A DNA stretch of 64,000 nt from contig NC_043003.1 in assembly GCF_006345805.1 (NCBI RefSeq), positions 87,978,001-88,042,000 on the forward strand, given 5' to 3'. The position numbers and the translations under genes are program-made. The DNA comes from Octopus sinensis (Eukaryota). The notes beneath the pieces were generated by a model. That model had not been told where the DNA came from, ran no database searches, and saw nothing but the letters and a program-made list of their open reading frames with translations. Shown here in pieces: positions 1 to 12,776 of this stretch. Each line of letters opens with the position of its first letter. Positions within the stretch are counted from its first letter, which is position 1.

Positions 1-1
1 T

Positions 2-1804
2 TACCAGGAATATAGCATCAGTGGTGCTTTTCCCTGGCACGAACCCAAACTGCATCTCATCTAAACTAACTCTCTCTCTAATTAGTTGGGCTATGACCCT
101 CTCCGTAACCTTCATTACCTGATCCAACAGCTTGATACCTCTGTAATTATTTGTATCTAGGGCATCACCTTTACCTTTGTAGCAGTTGACTAGTATGCTG
201 CTACACCAGTCATTGGGTATGACTCCTTCGTGTATCACCTGGTTGACTATACGGGTGACTAGGTTATAGCCGACACTACCAGATATTTTGAGCATCTCTG
301 CAGTAATTCCTGATGGGCCTGGGGCTTTCCCTGTCTTCATGCTTCTAATTGCCTTAGCTACCACAGAACTATCAACTCGGATAGCTGGTCCCTCTGTTGG
401 GTCAACATTCAGCAGACTCTCTTTATCCCATTCATTTTCTTTATTCAGCAACCTTTCATAGTGGCATCTCCAAACCTCTCTCTTTGCATACTCATTTAGC
501 GCAAGTGAACCATCTTCCATGCAAACACACTTCTCTCCTACCACATCACGATTCTCTCTCACACACTGTCTTGCAACACGAAATACCTCAAGTCTTTCAT
601 CCTCACGGCTCAGAACATTGGCAAATTTTTTCTTATCCGCTTCCCCTCTGGCTAAATATACCTGTCTCCTAGCTTCCCTTCTGGCTGTCTGATATAATTC
701 CCTGCTACCACCGTTCTTCCAGTCCTTCCAAGCCTGTCTTTTTTGTCTAATAGCCCTGTCAACCACAGTGTTCCACCACCATGTTACTCTGGGTCGAGAT
801 GGTACTTTGCTCCATCCACAGATCTGGTCAGTGGCTGTCAGCAGATTGTCCCGTAGAAATCTCCAGTTGTCTTCCACATTAAGTGAAGCTATATCCCCTT
901 CTATTTCGTCAAAGGCGTCGAGTAGTATGTCTCTAAATCTCTGTCCATTTGCAGGATCCTTAAGCTTCCAGACCCTTCTCCTCCAAGCTGGTCTTCTTCT
1001 GGGCAACCATTTAGCTCTGATCCTGAAGTCGCTAACTACTAATCTATGTTGAAGAGTACATTCTTCGCCTGGAAAGGTTTTGGCATTTATAATCAGCCCT
1101 TGTTCCCTTTTTCTGGCAAGGATGTAGTCAATCTGGCTGGTGTGTCTGCCAGAACGGTAGGTGACTAGGTGAGAGGTGGGTTTCCTGAAGTTGGTATTGC
1201 AGACCATAAGGTCATTTGCATCGCAGAACTCCAGCAGCCTGGTTCCCTCCTCATTACGAGAGCCAAAACCATAGCCTCCATGGACACCATGGAAGCCCCC
1301 GACATGCCGTCCGACATGTCCATTGAAATCACCTGCCACGAATAGAAGGTCACTGTCATTTGTCAACGAGGTAGTCCGCAATAGGGTGTGATAGAATTGG
1401 TCTTTTTGTCCTCCCGGTAGCCCTGGTTGAGGGGCATATGCCGAGATGATGGTAGCTGTCCTGTGGTGAAGGACTAATCTAATTTTAATTACTCTGTCAC
1501 TTACTCTGACTATCTCGATTACCTTACCTACCCATTTCTCCGCAAGAAGTATACCCACGCCCCCGACCCTGTCAGTGTTCCCTGCCCAGAAAATCTTGTA
1601 CCTGTGTTCCTTGCCTGTGAGGAGCCTAGCGGAACCTCCTCTCCACCTTACTTCCTGGATACAGCATACATCCACACGTCTCCGTTCAAGCAGCTCTACA
1701 ATCTCTCCAGACCTACCTTTCAATGTGCCAACATTGAGTGTGCCAACTCTGAGGGTGTGGGAGGTGTGGGCATCTGAGACCCTGGGATGAGGGGCAGCCG
1801 TGTC
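2..1804 (-). CDS. RTE-clade LINE ORF, APE endonuclease plus N-terminal RT; open for about 601 codons and running off the left edge
   Basis: Manual translation found no stop or frameshift: TLRVGTLNVGTLKG...CIQEVRW...SAYAPQ...VAGDFNGHVG...QIDYIL...GKAPGPSG...NYRGIKLL...QFGFVPGKSTTDAIFLV. Absent from the ORF track, presumably because it has no stop in the window. Confidence 0.92.
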
Positions 1805-1805
1805 A

Positions 1806-1823
1806 TATGTGTGTATATATATG

Positions 1824-1880
<57 letters not shown>
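1806..1880. repeat. (TA)n/(TG)n microsatellite between two LINEs
   Basis: Direct reading. Confidence 0.95.
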
Positions 1881-1882
<2 letters not shown>

Positions 1883-1884
1883 AT

Positions 1885-4575
1885 TTGATTGATTGATTGA
1901 TTCCAGTTTCAGCTCATGAGCTGTGGCCATGCTGGGGCACCGCCATTTGGTGTTGCTACTTGGTTTCACTTCATGGAGGCTTTCTAGCAACTGCTATTTG
2001 GTGCATGAGAGAGTTCGATGCAGCTGCCCTCATCTGCCCCTCCTGCCGTGAAGTTGGTTCATCTGGGACACCTGACAGGAAGAGATCCAGCTCCATTTTA
2101 AAGACATCTGTATCCACCCCATGCAGGTCTCTCAGGTTCATCGGGAGGATATTGAAGAGCTGTGGGCCTCGGAAGCCCAGGCTATCACAGAATCTTGTCC
2201 TACATCTTGATGGCAAGTTTGGAGTCCTAGGCACCACGCAGTGGCGCCCAGTTCTGGCGTTTGCGTAACTCTCGATGCCAAAGTTCAGGACACTTCCCTC
2301 CAGGATCTTCCAGATGTATATTATGGCATATCTTTCCCGCCTACGCTCCAGGAATATAATTTTAATCTCTTGAGTCTTTCCCAGTAGCTTACATTCTGCA
2401 TAGAGGCTATCTTCTTCGTGTAGCTTCGTTGGATCGCCTCAAGTTCTGTGATCAACTTGACACTGGATGGTGACCATAGCTGAGAGCAATAGTCAAAGTG
2501 ACTTAGGACAAGTGTCTTCCAGAGGACCATCATGGTTTCTTGTTCTCTTGTTCTAAAGGTTCTAAGAATCCATCCAGCCAGGCGTCTGCATTTCACTGTC
2601 AGTTTAGCAACATGTACATGAAAGGTCGCGTCATCACTCATGTGAATACCCAGGTCACGCACTGATTGTGCCTCTGGGATTGCAATCCTCCGGGTCCAGT
2701 GTATTCCTTGGGTATTGCATTCAGTTTTGCATGCTGATAGTATAAAGCTTGAAACTTTTCAGCATTGAACTGCATGCTATTCTTTTCAGCCCACTGGTAA
2801 ATTTCGTCCAGCTCATATTGCAGGTGCCTAGTGTCTTCAGGGTTCTGTATTGCCTGTGAAACTTTTGTATCATCTGCATAACTTGTGATCGTGGCTCTCC
2901 GCGTGGCTGAGGGCATGTCTGAGAGGGCCATTATGAACAGTAGTGGTCCCAAAACAGTGCCCTGTGGAACACCGCTCACTATTTGCGTGCTAATGGAAGT
3001 GGCCCCATTGGCTACTACCACCTGACTTCTATTCTTCAGAAAGTCGTGAAGCCATTCTCCTAGTTTTCCAACTATGCCAAGATCACGCAGTTTGTGATAT
3101 ATCATTCCATGATCGACTTTATCGAAGGCCTTTGCGAAGTCGAGATATATGACTTCCACATTTGAGTGGTTGAGCAGTTGTTTCAGCACCCAGTCATAGT
3201 GCTGCAGGAGCTGAGTTAAGCAGCTTCTTCCTGGTCGGAAACCATGTTGGGTGTCAGGCAGCAAGTCATTTTCTTCAAGGAAGGTGATTAGTTTCCTTCT
3301 GACTATTCGTTCCATGACCTTGCTGATGTGTGAGGTCAGAGAGATAGGTCTGTAGTTCTTGGCCTCCGCTCTGCTACCTCCTTTATGAATAGGGCATATT
3401 TTACCTTCCTTCAGTTTTCTTGGAAGTTTGCCAGCTGCAAGGAAGCTCTGAAAGAGGAACTGCAGTGGTCTTGCTAAGACTCTCTTACATACTTTTAGGA
3501 GGATTGCCGGGAATCCATCGGGGCCAATAGCTGAGTCTATTTTCATTTCATCTATAGCCTTTATTACATCATCTTCCTTTATATCGATGTAATTTAACGT
3601 CGCCGCCTCTGATTCTATATCTGCAGTGGTAAAAAAGTCAGTTGGATTGCTGATTTGGAAATGCCCAAGGGGTGGAGTGAAAACACTCTTGAATTGTTCA
3701 TTCAGTATTTCACTTACCCTCATTGGTTTTCCTGTGAGTGTGCCATCCTTTTCAAGGAGTGGCCCTATCCTACAGTGCACCGTAGCTGTTTCTTTGGCAT
3801 ACCTGTAGAAAGCTCTGGGGTTAGTTTTTATGTTGTCTATAGCCCAGGCTTCTTTGTCTGCTCTTTCCTTCTCATGGGAGAGTTGCAGACAATTTTCAAT
3901 TTCCAACAGTTTTATTTTCAGGCGGGACTTTTCACTGCTTTCAATTTGTTTGTTTAGGCGATTTGAGATTTTTGTGCGCCGTCTCATTAAAATTTTTCTC
4001 TCTCTGGGGATTTTGTTCCTGTGTACAGTGGCCTTTCTCTCTGGACACATCTGCAGCATATGGCTTGCATTACAGACATGAATTGTTGAAGTATCATGTC
4101 GATGTCCGGCGAGGAGAGACATTCAGGCCAGTTTTGTTTGAGGATCTCTTTCTCAATTGTTTCCAGTTTGCCTTATTGAAGTTCAAGCTGGAAAGACTCT
4201 GAGGGTTTCTTGTAGGCTGCATGTCCGTGCTCTCTTTTGGCCCGTACATGGTCAGCTCTACCATGTTGTGATCCGAGAGTAGTGTCGGTGTCACTTTCAC
4301 ATTATGGATGAGATCCATATTATTTGTGAAGCAGAGATCCAGTGTGTTACCCGCTCTGGTTGGTTGGAGTATTACTTGCTCCATGTACAGGGTGTTGGTG
4401 AGGTTCAGGAGGGACCTCGCCTGTCCTCGTTCACATCTTGTCATTCCTGGGAGAGAAAGGCCCTCGGGCCATCTGACATTCGGTAGATTGAAGTCTCCCA
4501 TGAGAAGTACACTTATGTGTTGTTCTAATGTGGTTAGAACTTCTTCTATTTTTAAAAGGCAGTCCTCAAACTTGA
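1885..4575 (-). mobile_element. 5'-truncated CR1/L2-group LINE (EN-RT ORF2 broken by about 3 frameshifts) with (ATCA)n tail
   Basis: ORFs 4094-4501 (GDFNLP..LDLCF..SDH), 2638-4122 (NYRPISLTS, QHGFRPGRSC, GVPQGTVLGP, YADD), 2321-2662 (HFDYCSQLWSP) and 1971-2237; plus-strand TTGATTGATTGATT at 1885-1902. Confidence 0.92.
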
Positions 4576-4601
4576 TATGTGTGTGTGTGTATATATATAT
4601 A

Positions 4602-6231
4602 CAGTTGCGGTAAAAATGTTCAGAACGGCATTGTTTTCATTAGAAAAGTAGGTATAATTTTTTATCATAGTTGTTTTATATTCTATAATTTTCACAGACA
4701 ATAAAAACGATATTAATTGCTATTGTCTCAGATTTTGGTGTAATTTGAGAGGATAATACAAAAGTTATGGATGATTTAGTGATTTACTGCAAAACCCATG
4801 GTGCCCAAAATGATCAGAACGGTTGAAAAAATAACAAAATAATAAAAAATGACAGAGAATACTGGAATTATTTAATATTTAGTGTGAAGCCCTTTAGCTT
4901 CAATCACACTTTGACATCTTCGACTGCATGAGGAAATTAAATTTTCAATTTCTTGCTGGGTGATCTTATTCCATTCTTCCTGAAGGGCATTCCATAATTG
5001 CTCAGTTGTTTTAGGATTTCTGGCTTTCAAACGCTCTCCTAGAATATTCCACACATTTTCAATAGGATTGAGATCTGGGCTTTGAGCAGGCCAATTCATA
5101 ACAATAACCTTTTCAGCCTTGAGGAAGTTCATGACCACCTTCGCCTTGTGACATGGGGCATTGTCCTGTATGAATATGGGTGGTCGTTTAGTTGAATTTC
5201 TCAGCACAGGCAAGACATGATCTTTCACAAGTTGTTTATAAACTCCTGCATTTAACTTTCCATGTAATCACACCAAAGGGCCCACACCATCTCCAGATAT
5301 CACCCCCCAAACCATGACACTTCCTCCACCGAATTTAACACTAGCCTTAAGGCATTTAGGCAACAATTTTTTCACCTAGTTTTCGATGAACGTACATTTT
5401 CCCATCTGAGCCAAATAACATAAACTTAGATTCATCACTGAAATGCGCCGTCTGCCATTTTTCTTGAGACCACAACACATGTTCGGTTGCAAAGGTAAGA
5501 TGACACTTTTTATTCTTGGAGCTGATCAGTGGCTTCACTGCAGGTGCTCTTGCTTGTAGGTCATGTTAAACTAAACGACGACACACAGTTTCTTGAGATA
5601 AAGTTTTCTTCGGTACAATGCTCATTTCCCAAGAAACAGCAGCAGCAGTTTTAAATCTCTCCTTTTTAACCAACTTTACCATAGCACGATCTTCTCTCTT
5701 GGTCGTTTTTCTTGGCCTACCTGTAGACTTTCTTGCTTCACATGAACCACAATCATCGTAGACCTTAAGAATACCGTGAACAACACTTTTTAACTTGTTA
5801 ACAATCTTTGCAATAGACCCAATACTTAAATTAGCCTTCTTTCGAAGTTTAATAATCTGCTGACGAATTGGTAACAGAGTAAGTGGCATTATATTAACAA
5901 AGTACACTGCAAATATTCTTACTAATGTTTAGTAAACGAACTGTCATGTAAACAAATTCAAAACATTAGAGTTCGCCGGTTAAATATACTAAAACACGGA
6001 GTAAAAGCAACCGTTCTGATCATTTTGGCCGCCATGGATTTTGCAGTAAATCACTAAATCATCCATAACTTTTGTATTATCTTCTCAAATTACACCAAAA
6101 TCTCAGACAATAACAAATAATATCATATTTATTGTCTGTGAAAATTATAGAATATAAAACAACCATGATAAAAAATTATACCTACTTTTCTGACGAAAAC
6201 AATGCCGTTCTGAACATTTTGGCCGCAGCTG
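4602..6231 (-). mobile_element. Tc1-family (DD34E) DNA transposon with about 225-bp IR/DR-type terminal inverted repeats and a frameshifted transposase
   Basis: TIR CAGTTGCGGTAAAAATGTTCAGAACGG... at 4602 mirrored at 6009-6231; TA on both flanks; inner direct repeat CAAAATGATCAGAACGG; ORF pieces give FSDESKF and QDNAPCH-x-WPAQSPDLNPIE (34 residues between D and E). Confidence 0.95.
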
Positions 6232-6239
6232 TATATAGA

Positions 6240-7100
6240 CATTATATGTATATCTGTAAATATATGTGACAATTATTCAGTAGCTATGATAAAACTCTGA
6301 GTCTCAGATGTCGGGGTGGAAATCCATGCCGCCATCTCTTGAGTTATCCGGCCATCGGAAAAAAGGCATAAGGGAGTAAACCATGTCTATATACACAGAT
6401 AACCTTATGCACACACACACACACACATGCCTATATACGCACATACCCGCACACGTTTATATACGCACACACACACGCATGCACAAAAAGGATTATACGT
6501 ACATCTAACACAAAAAAAACAGGGCTAAGAGCAAAAATACAGGAAAATGTGTAAAAACACTGAGTAAAATACGTCTATATAAGCACGTACTCGCATGCAT
6601 GCACATATCTATATACACACATACCCGCACACACAAGATTCCATATACATGTCTATATATGCACAGGGAAAAATACAGGGTGGAAGGTAGAGTACAGAAA
6701 AAATTATGTGTAAAAAATATATAAGCAGTAAACCTATAAACCAAAATCTCTATAAATATGTAAGAAATATATGTATAAAAAATATAAAGAAAATAAAAAA
6801 TATAAGAAATAAAGTAAAAGGTATAAAGAGATAAAAAGCTTGTGCATGGACACAATATAGAAATCAAATTCTATCTGTAGTCTTGGGGGGACCAAAAACG
6901 TAACAGATATTTGGCTTCATGTGGACATGCTCCATAAAGTACAGTCCTTGAATTCAGACATGTAGCAGGGTCTAAGCTGCTTTTCCAGATGAGCCATCTT
7001 TCCATATCACATAGACCGCACTTTCCACTGCCATTGGTGTAGGGCTTATCGAGGTCTCTTTCTTTCTTTTGTTGTCTTACCGTTTTTATCAATATATATA
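6240..7100 (-). mobile_element. Penelope-like element 3' remnant (GIY-YIG C-terminus, T-rich spacer, terminal hammerhead-like motif)
   Basis: ORF 6871-7092 KPYTNGSGKCGLCDMERWLI...LNSRTVLYGACPHEAKYLL resembles the PLE C-terminal PY..GSKxCxLC..E..LN.R.E..C.H..K.LL pattern. Confidence 0.75.
6288..6348 (-). ncRNA. Degenerate type I hammerhead-like motif
   Basis: Minus strand: GAUAA-CUCAAGA-GAUG...CAUC-U-GAGA-CUC(A)GAG-UU-UUAUC. Stems I-III are intact; the core deviates (G5C, GAGA for GAAA). Confidence 0.5.
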
Positions 7101-7317
7101 TAACTTCACCTTAAGTTAGAGTTATCCCCCTTCACTTACACAGCTGGTGACTAAAACTCACCACTGATTAAAACCAATTTAATACACACATGCACAAAAA
7201 ATGTGCTGAGTCAAACTCAGGATTCCACACCAAAATAATATACACCCTTCTTTAGTTACCCAGTGGAACCATAAACTAACCAATCTTCTACAATGAAATC
7301 CACTCCCCAGCTGAATA

Positions 7318-7368
<51 letters not shown>

Positions 7369-7387
7369 CATATATATATGTTTTTAT

Positions 7388-10130
7388 GAGTTTTGGTTTA
7401 TCATGGTTATTTTAGGGAATTCGTGGTAATTTGTCTATTTTCGATGTTGGTTGTTTTATTACATTGTTTCATTCATAATTTTTGAGTGGTGTTCGTTTTG
7501 CCACGTGAATAACCGGGTGGTGGACTAGCGTTGCTTGGAATTGTGAATGGAATAGTGTAGTAGTGAGGTAGGCATAGAGAATGGGTTTGGGTTACTGCAA
7601 GTTGTTTGTTAGAGATGCTAAGGTGAGCTAAAGTTCATAGATGTATATAATGATTTTTCATGGTAGTTTTTAAAGAATCCATTCATAATAAATTTTTTTA
7701 AGTAGTGTTGGTTTGCCACGTGGATATAGTTTTTAGTTCCATTTTCCTATTTCTCCATTCATAATTTAAATGACGTTTACTTTCCATGGCGCGTATTCTT
7801 TTTTTACATAAGTTATTTCTATGGTAACGTAATTTTGCTTTGATTTTTTAACGGCTAAGAATTTAATTTCACTTCATAATTTGACACTGAATTGTAAGTA
7901 TGTATTTTATTTATCCTTATGTCATATTGTTATTTTTGATATTCTGGTTAATTACGATGTATTTAATGTTGTTTTCATAGGTGTGTTTATGTATATGAGA
8001 TTGTGTGCGAGTTTTTAGTTGTATAATTTATTTATCTGTATGAGTGTGGGTGTGTAAATATTGTTGTATATATCGAGTTTAGTGAGTATGTATATGCGTA
8101 TATGTGAGGGAGTATATGTATCTGTTGTGTGTGTGTGTTTTGCGTGTGTGTGTGTTTGTGTGTGAATGTGTATATGGGTTTGTTATTTAGGTTTTGGGAT
8201 GTATGTGTTAATTTGTCTGTGTGGGAGGGAGTGGGTTTTTGGTGTATATTGAGGTTTATAAGTTAGTATAGGTATGTGTATAAGTCGTGGGTCTGTGGTT
8301 TACGAGTGTGTATTTGTGTGTGAATGTTTAGGTTAGGGAGATTGCTATATAGGTTTGTTATAGAGTTTAGCAAAGGGAGATTTATCGTTATATGTTTTTA
8401 GGAGTTTTGGTTTATCATGGTTTTTTTTAGGGAATTCGTGGTAATTTGTCTATTTTCGATGTTGGTTGTTTTATTACATTGTTTCATTCATAATTTTTGA
8501 TTGGTGTTCGTTTTGCCACGTGAATAACCGGGAGGTGGACTAGCGTTGTTTGGAATTGTGAATGGAATAGTGTAGTAGTGAGGTAGGCATAGAGAATGGG
8601 TTTGGGTTACTGCAAGTTGTTTGTTAGTCTTTTTTTACATAAGTTATTTCTATGGTAACGTAATTTTGGTTTGATTTTTTAACGGCTAAGAATTTAATTT
8701 CACTTCATAATGTGACACTGAATTGTAAGTATGTATTTTATTTACCTTTATGTCATATTGTTATTTTTGATATTCTGGTTAATTACGATGTATTTAATGT
8801 TGTTTTCATAGGAGTGTTTATGTATATGAGATTGTGTGCGAGTTTTTAGTTGTATAATTTATTTATCTGTATGAGTGTGGGTGTGTAAATATTGTTGTAT
8901 ATATTGAGTTTAGTGAGTATGTATATGCGTATATGTGAGGGAGTATATGTATCTGTTGTGTGTGTGTGTTTTTGCGTGTGTGTGTGTTTGTGTGTGAATG
9001 TGTATATGGGTTTGTTATTTAGGTTTTGGGTTGTATGAGTTAATTTGTCTGTGTGGGAGGGAGTGGGTTTTGGTGTATATGGAGGTTTATAAGTTAGTTT
9101 AGGTATGTGTATAAGTCGTGGGTCTGTGGTTTACGTGTGTGTTTGTGTGTGAATGTTTAGGTTAGGGGGATTACTATATAGGTTTGTTATAGAGTTTAGC
9201 AAAGGGAGATTTTATCGTTATATGTTTTTTAAGAGTTTTGGTTTATCATGGTTTTTTTAGGGAATTCGTAGTAATTTGTCTATTTTCGATGTTGGTTGTT
9301 TTATTATATTGTTTCATTCATAATGTTTGAGTGGTGTTCATTTTGCCACGTGAATTTTATTTTTAATTCCATTTATTCCATTTCTCCATTCATTAATTTA
9401 GAGATGTTCGTTTCCAGAGCGGTTATACTTTTTATATATATGTTAAGTTCCTTGGTAAAGTAATTTTGTTTGGTGTATATGTTGAGGCTTATATGTACTT
9501 GTGGGTGTGTGTGAGTGGGGTGGGAGTTTGTATTTGTTATGGGTGTGTGGTTTACGAGTGGTTTTGTGTGTGAATGTATAGGTTAAAGGAATTGCTATAT
9601 AAGTATGTTTTAGTGTTTAGTAAAGGGAGGTTTTATCATTTCTGTTTTGTGAGTTTTAGATTATCATGGTAGTTTTATAAAAGAATCCATTCATAATTTT
9701 TGTGTTTATTTGTCTGTGTGGGGTTGAGTGGGTTTTTGGAGTATATGTTGAGGTTTATATGTATGTATTGGTATGTGTAAGTGGTGTGGGTATTTGTATA
9801 TGTCGTGGGTGTGTGGTTTACGTGTGTGTATTTGTGTGTGAATGTTTAGGTTAGGGGGATTGCTATATAGGTTTGTTATAGAGTTTAGTAAAGGGAGATT
9901 TTATCATTATATGTTTTTATGAGTTTTGGTTATCATGGTAGGTTTGATAAGGAATTTGTAGTAATTTGTGTCTATTTGCGATGTCTGTTGTTTTATTGCA
10001 TTGTTTCATTCATAATTTTTAAGTAGTGTTCGTTTTACCAAGTGAATATAATTTTTAATTCCATTTATTCCATTTCTCCGTTCATAGTTTTGAGTGATGT
10101 CCGTTTTCTAGAGCGTGAATGTGGGTTGTA
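7388..10130 (+). repeat. Degenerate long-period tandem array, strongly C-poor and G/T-rich on the plus strand
   Basis: Anchor GAGTTTT(G/A)G(T/A)TTATCATGGT recurs at 7388, 8402, 9233, 9651 and 9921; shared blocks recur between anchors. Confidence 0.85.
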
Positions 10131-10546
10131 TGTGTGTGTGTGTGGGAGTATGAATAAGTATTGTGTTGAAGTATTTAGCTATTTTATTTATTTATAGTTG
10201 CCTAGACATTTTTATGTGTATGTATAGGGATATATATATAGGTGTGTGATTTAGTGTATGTAGTTAGATATGGTTATATATAATTAGGTATATGAGTATG
10301 GGTGTATACATAGTTTATTAATATATTATTATTATTTTTTTTGTTTTGTTTTATATTTTATATTTTATATTTTATATTTAATTGTTGATAGGTTTTTTTA
10401 GTTTATATATTGTTTATATATTGTTTATATATGGATTATAGATAGGTTATATATGGATTATATACTTATATTTTTTCATTCATACTTTAATTATTTTAAA
10501 ATTATTATTTTTATATTTTAAAATATTGATTTTTTAGATTGGAAGT

Positions 10547-10589
10547 CCACCTGAAGATTGTCGATCAAGACAAGAAACGATTGTAGTGG
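10547..10589 (+). ncRNA. Minimal type I hammerhead ribozyme motif (intact core)
   Basis: CCAC-CUGAAGA-UUGUC(gaucaa)GACAA-GAAA-C(gauu)G-UA-GUGG; cleavage triplet GUA at 10583-10585. Confidence 0.8.
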
Positions 10590-10683
10590 CGGTTTTTTTG
10601 ACTATTTATTAAAATTTTATGTATTGATTAAGTCTTTCCTTGTTTGTTTTGCAAAATAGTGGTTTTGTCTCGAATAATATTTT

Positions 10684-10725
<42 letters not shown>

Positions 10726-11428
10726 TATATATATACATACATATATATATACATATATATACATATATATATACATACATATATATATACATATATATAC
10801 ATATATATATACATACATATATACATGTATATACACACACACACATATATACATATATATACACACACATATATATATACACATATATATACACACATAT
10901 GTATATATATCATCATCGTTTAACGTCCGTTTTCCATGCTAGCATGGGATGGACTCTATTATACAGCAAAATAACTATTAATTATTTAGCATTTCAATGT
11001 ACTTATGTATACATTCCATTATTCAGAGAAAAGTTATTGTTTACATACTTTGGAGAGGAATTTAGATATTTATTTTTAAAAATGAAGGTATAGAGAAAAA
11101 ATAGATTTTATGAGGGGCGGGGGATAATGAAACGTGACAAAACAGGAGAAAAGTAGAAGAAGAAACAGACATAATCTTTTATGCGGGGTATAATATACAA
11201 AAAAGATTAAGAAATAAATGAGTAGAAAAGGGAAAAGTTATTTTATGTTGTATACTACAATATTATTTTAGAATATATTATTAGATACTTTATTCATATA
11301 TATTGCAGAACTTTCTTTTAATATTCTGTTGTGTTTCTATATATTTGATAAAACGAGTTGATGTCTGGATTTTTAAAAAAATCCCTCATGGGGAAATTAC
11401 ATCCTCAATATTTGTGAGTGTGTGTGTG

Positions 11429-11460
<32 letters not shown>

Positions 11461-11785
11461 TACATACATGTGTTGTATTGAACAATACAAATTAGATGAC
11501 ATATTTTTGAATGCAGAATTGCCATTAGATTAGCAGACATACAGGCTAAATTACCCTTACAAAGTATTTCTGCTGTTCTAATGGCAATTCTGCATTCAGA
11601 AAAGTACCATCTAATTTGTATCATTTGATACACATTTCAACACTTATAATAAAAAAATAAACAAGTTAGTTTCTTTATATCGACACACACACACACACAC
11701 TTTAGTCAATGAAATTCCAACTTGGTCTGATTTTCATATTTTATTATTTGCAATTTTTACGATTTTACAATATTGAAATAAACTA

Positions 11786-12776
11786 TTAGATTGTCAAGAA
11801 AGTTCTTGCGGAATTTTTAATTTTGGTTTTAAATGATGTATTTTCAAATTAATTTTTGTTAAATTACTTTGACTTTATATATAATTTTAAAGCCCGTTTT
11901 TCACTCAATCTAATCGTGTTTCTCTTTTTCTTTTTGAATAATTAGGCCATTTTTTCCGGAATATTGAATACAACATGGACAAAAACCAAATTGGCACAAT
12001 TTTCTTATTCCAGTTCAAGCTAGGCCAAAAAGCTGCTGAAGCAGCTTGCCATATGTGTTTGGCCTAGGAACCCCTAATAAACGTACAGCACAATGGTGCT
12101 TCAAGAAATTTCATAGTGGTGACAAGAGTCTTGAAGATGATAAGTGTATTGAATTGTCATCGGATGTTGACAATGATCAACTAAGAGCCTTAGTCGAAGT
12201 CAATCCATGCACAACTGTTCGAGAGCTTGCTTCTGAATTAGACGTAATGTACATGGCAATTTCCAACCACTTGAAAGAGATTGGAAAAACAAAACATACT
12301 TGAGAAATGGATGCTGCACGAACTGAACAACAACCAAAAAAAGTGGATTCTTTATGACAACCAGCGACGCTCAGCTCAGTGGTTGGATTCTGATGAAGCT
12401 CCAACAACTTCCCGAAGCCAAAGTTGCACCAAACGAAGGATATGGTGACTGGTGGTCTGTGGACGGTCTCATCCATCACAGCTTTTTGGATCCAGGCAAA
12501 ACAATTACGGCGAAGTACTGTCAGTAGATGGATGAAAAGCATAAGAAACTCCGACAACAACAGCCAGCATTGGTCAATAGAAAAGGACCAATTCTTCTCC
12601 ATGACAACGCTTGGCCGCATGTCACACAACTGACCTTGCAGAAGTTGAACGAATTGGGCTACGAAACTGCCTCCTCTGCCATACTCACCAGACCTCTCAC
12701 CTACTGACTACCACTTCGAGATATGTGCATCTGAATTTAAAGGTTAAAAGCTGCAAGAACTTTCTTGACAACCTAA
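11786..12776 (+). mobile_element. Mariner element, internally deleted and degenerate
   Basis: 26-bp TIR TTAG(A/G)TTGTCAAGAAAGTTCTTGC(G/A)G with TA flanks; HTH fragment (RTAQWCFKKFHSGDKSLED...VNPCTTVRELASEL) and LHDNAWPH...LQKLNELGYE. Confidence 0.9.

Noticed and set aside
10609-11093. Many Y/I/C/M-rich ORFs here and at 17781-18340, 59783-60351 and elsewhere
   Set aside because: Translations of (TA)n/(TACA)n microsatellites.
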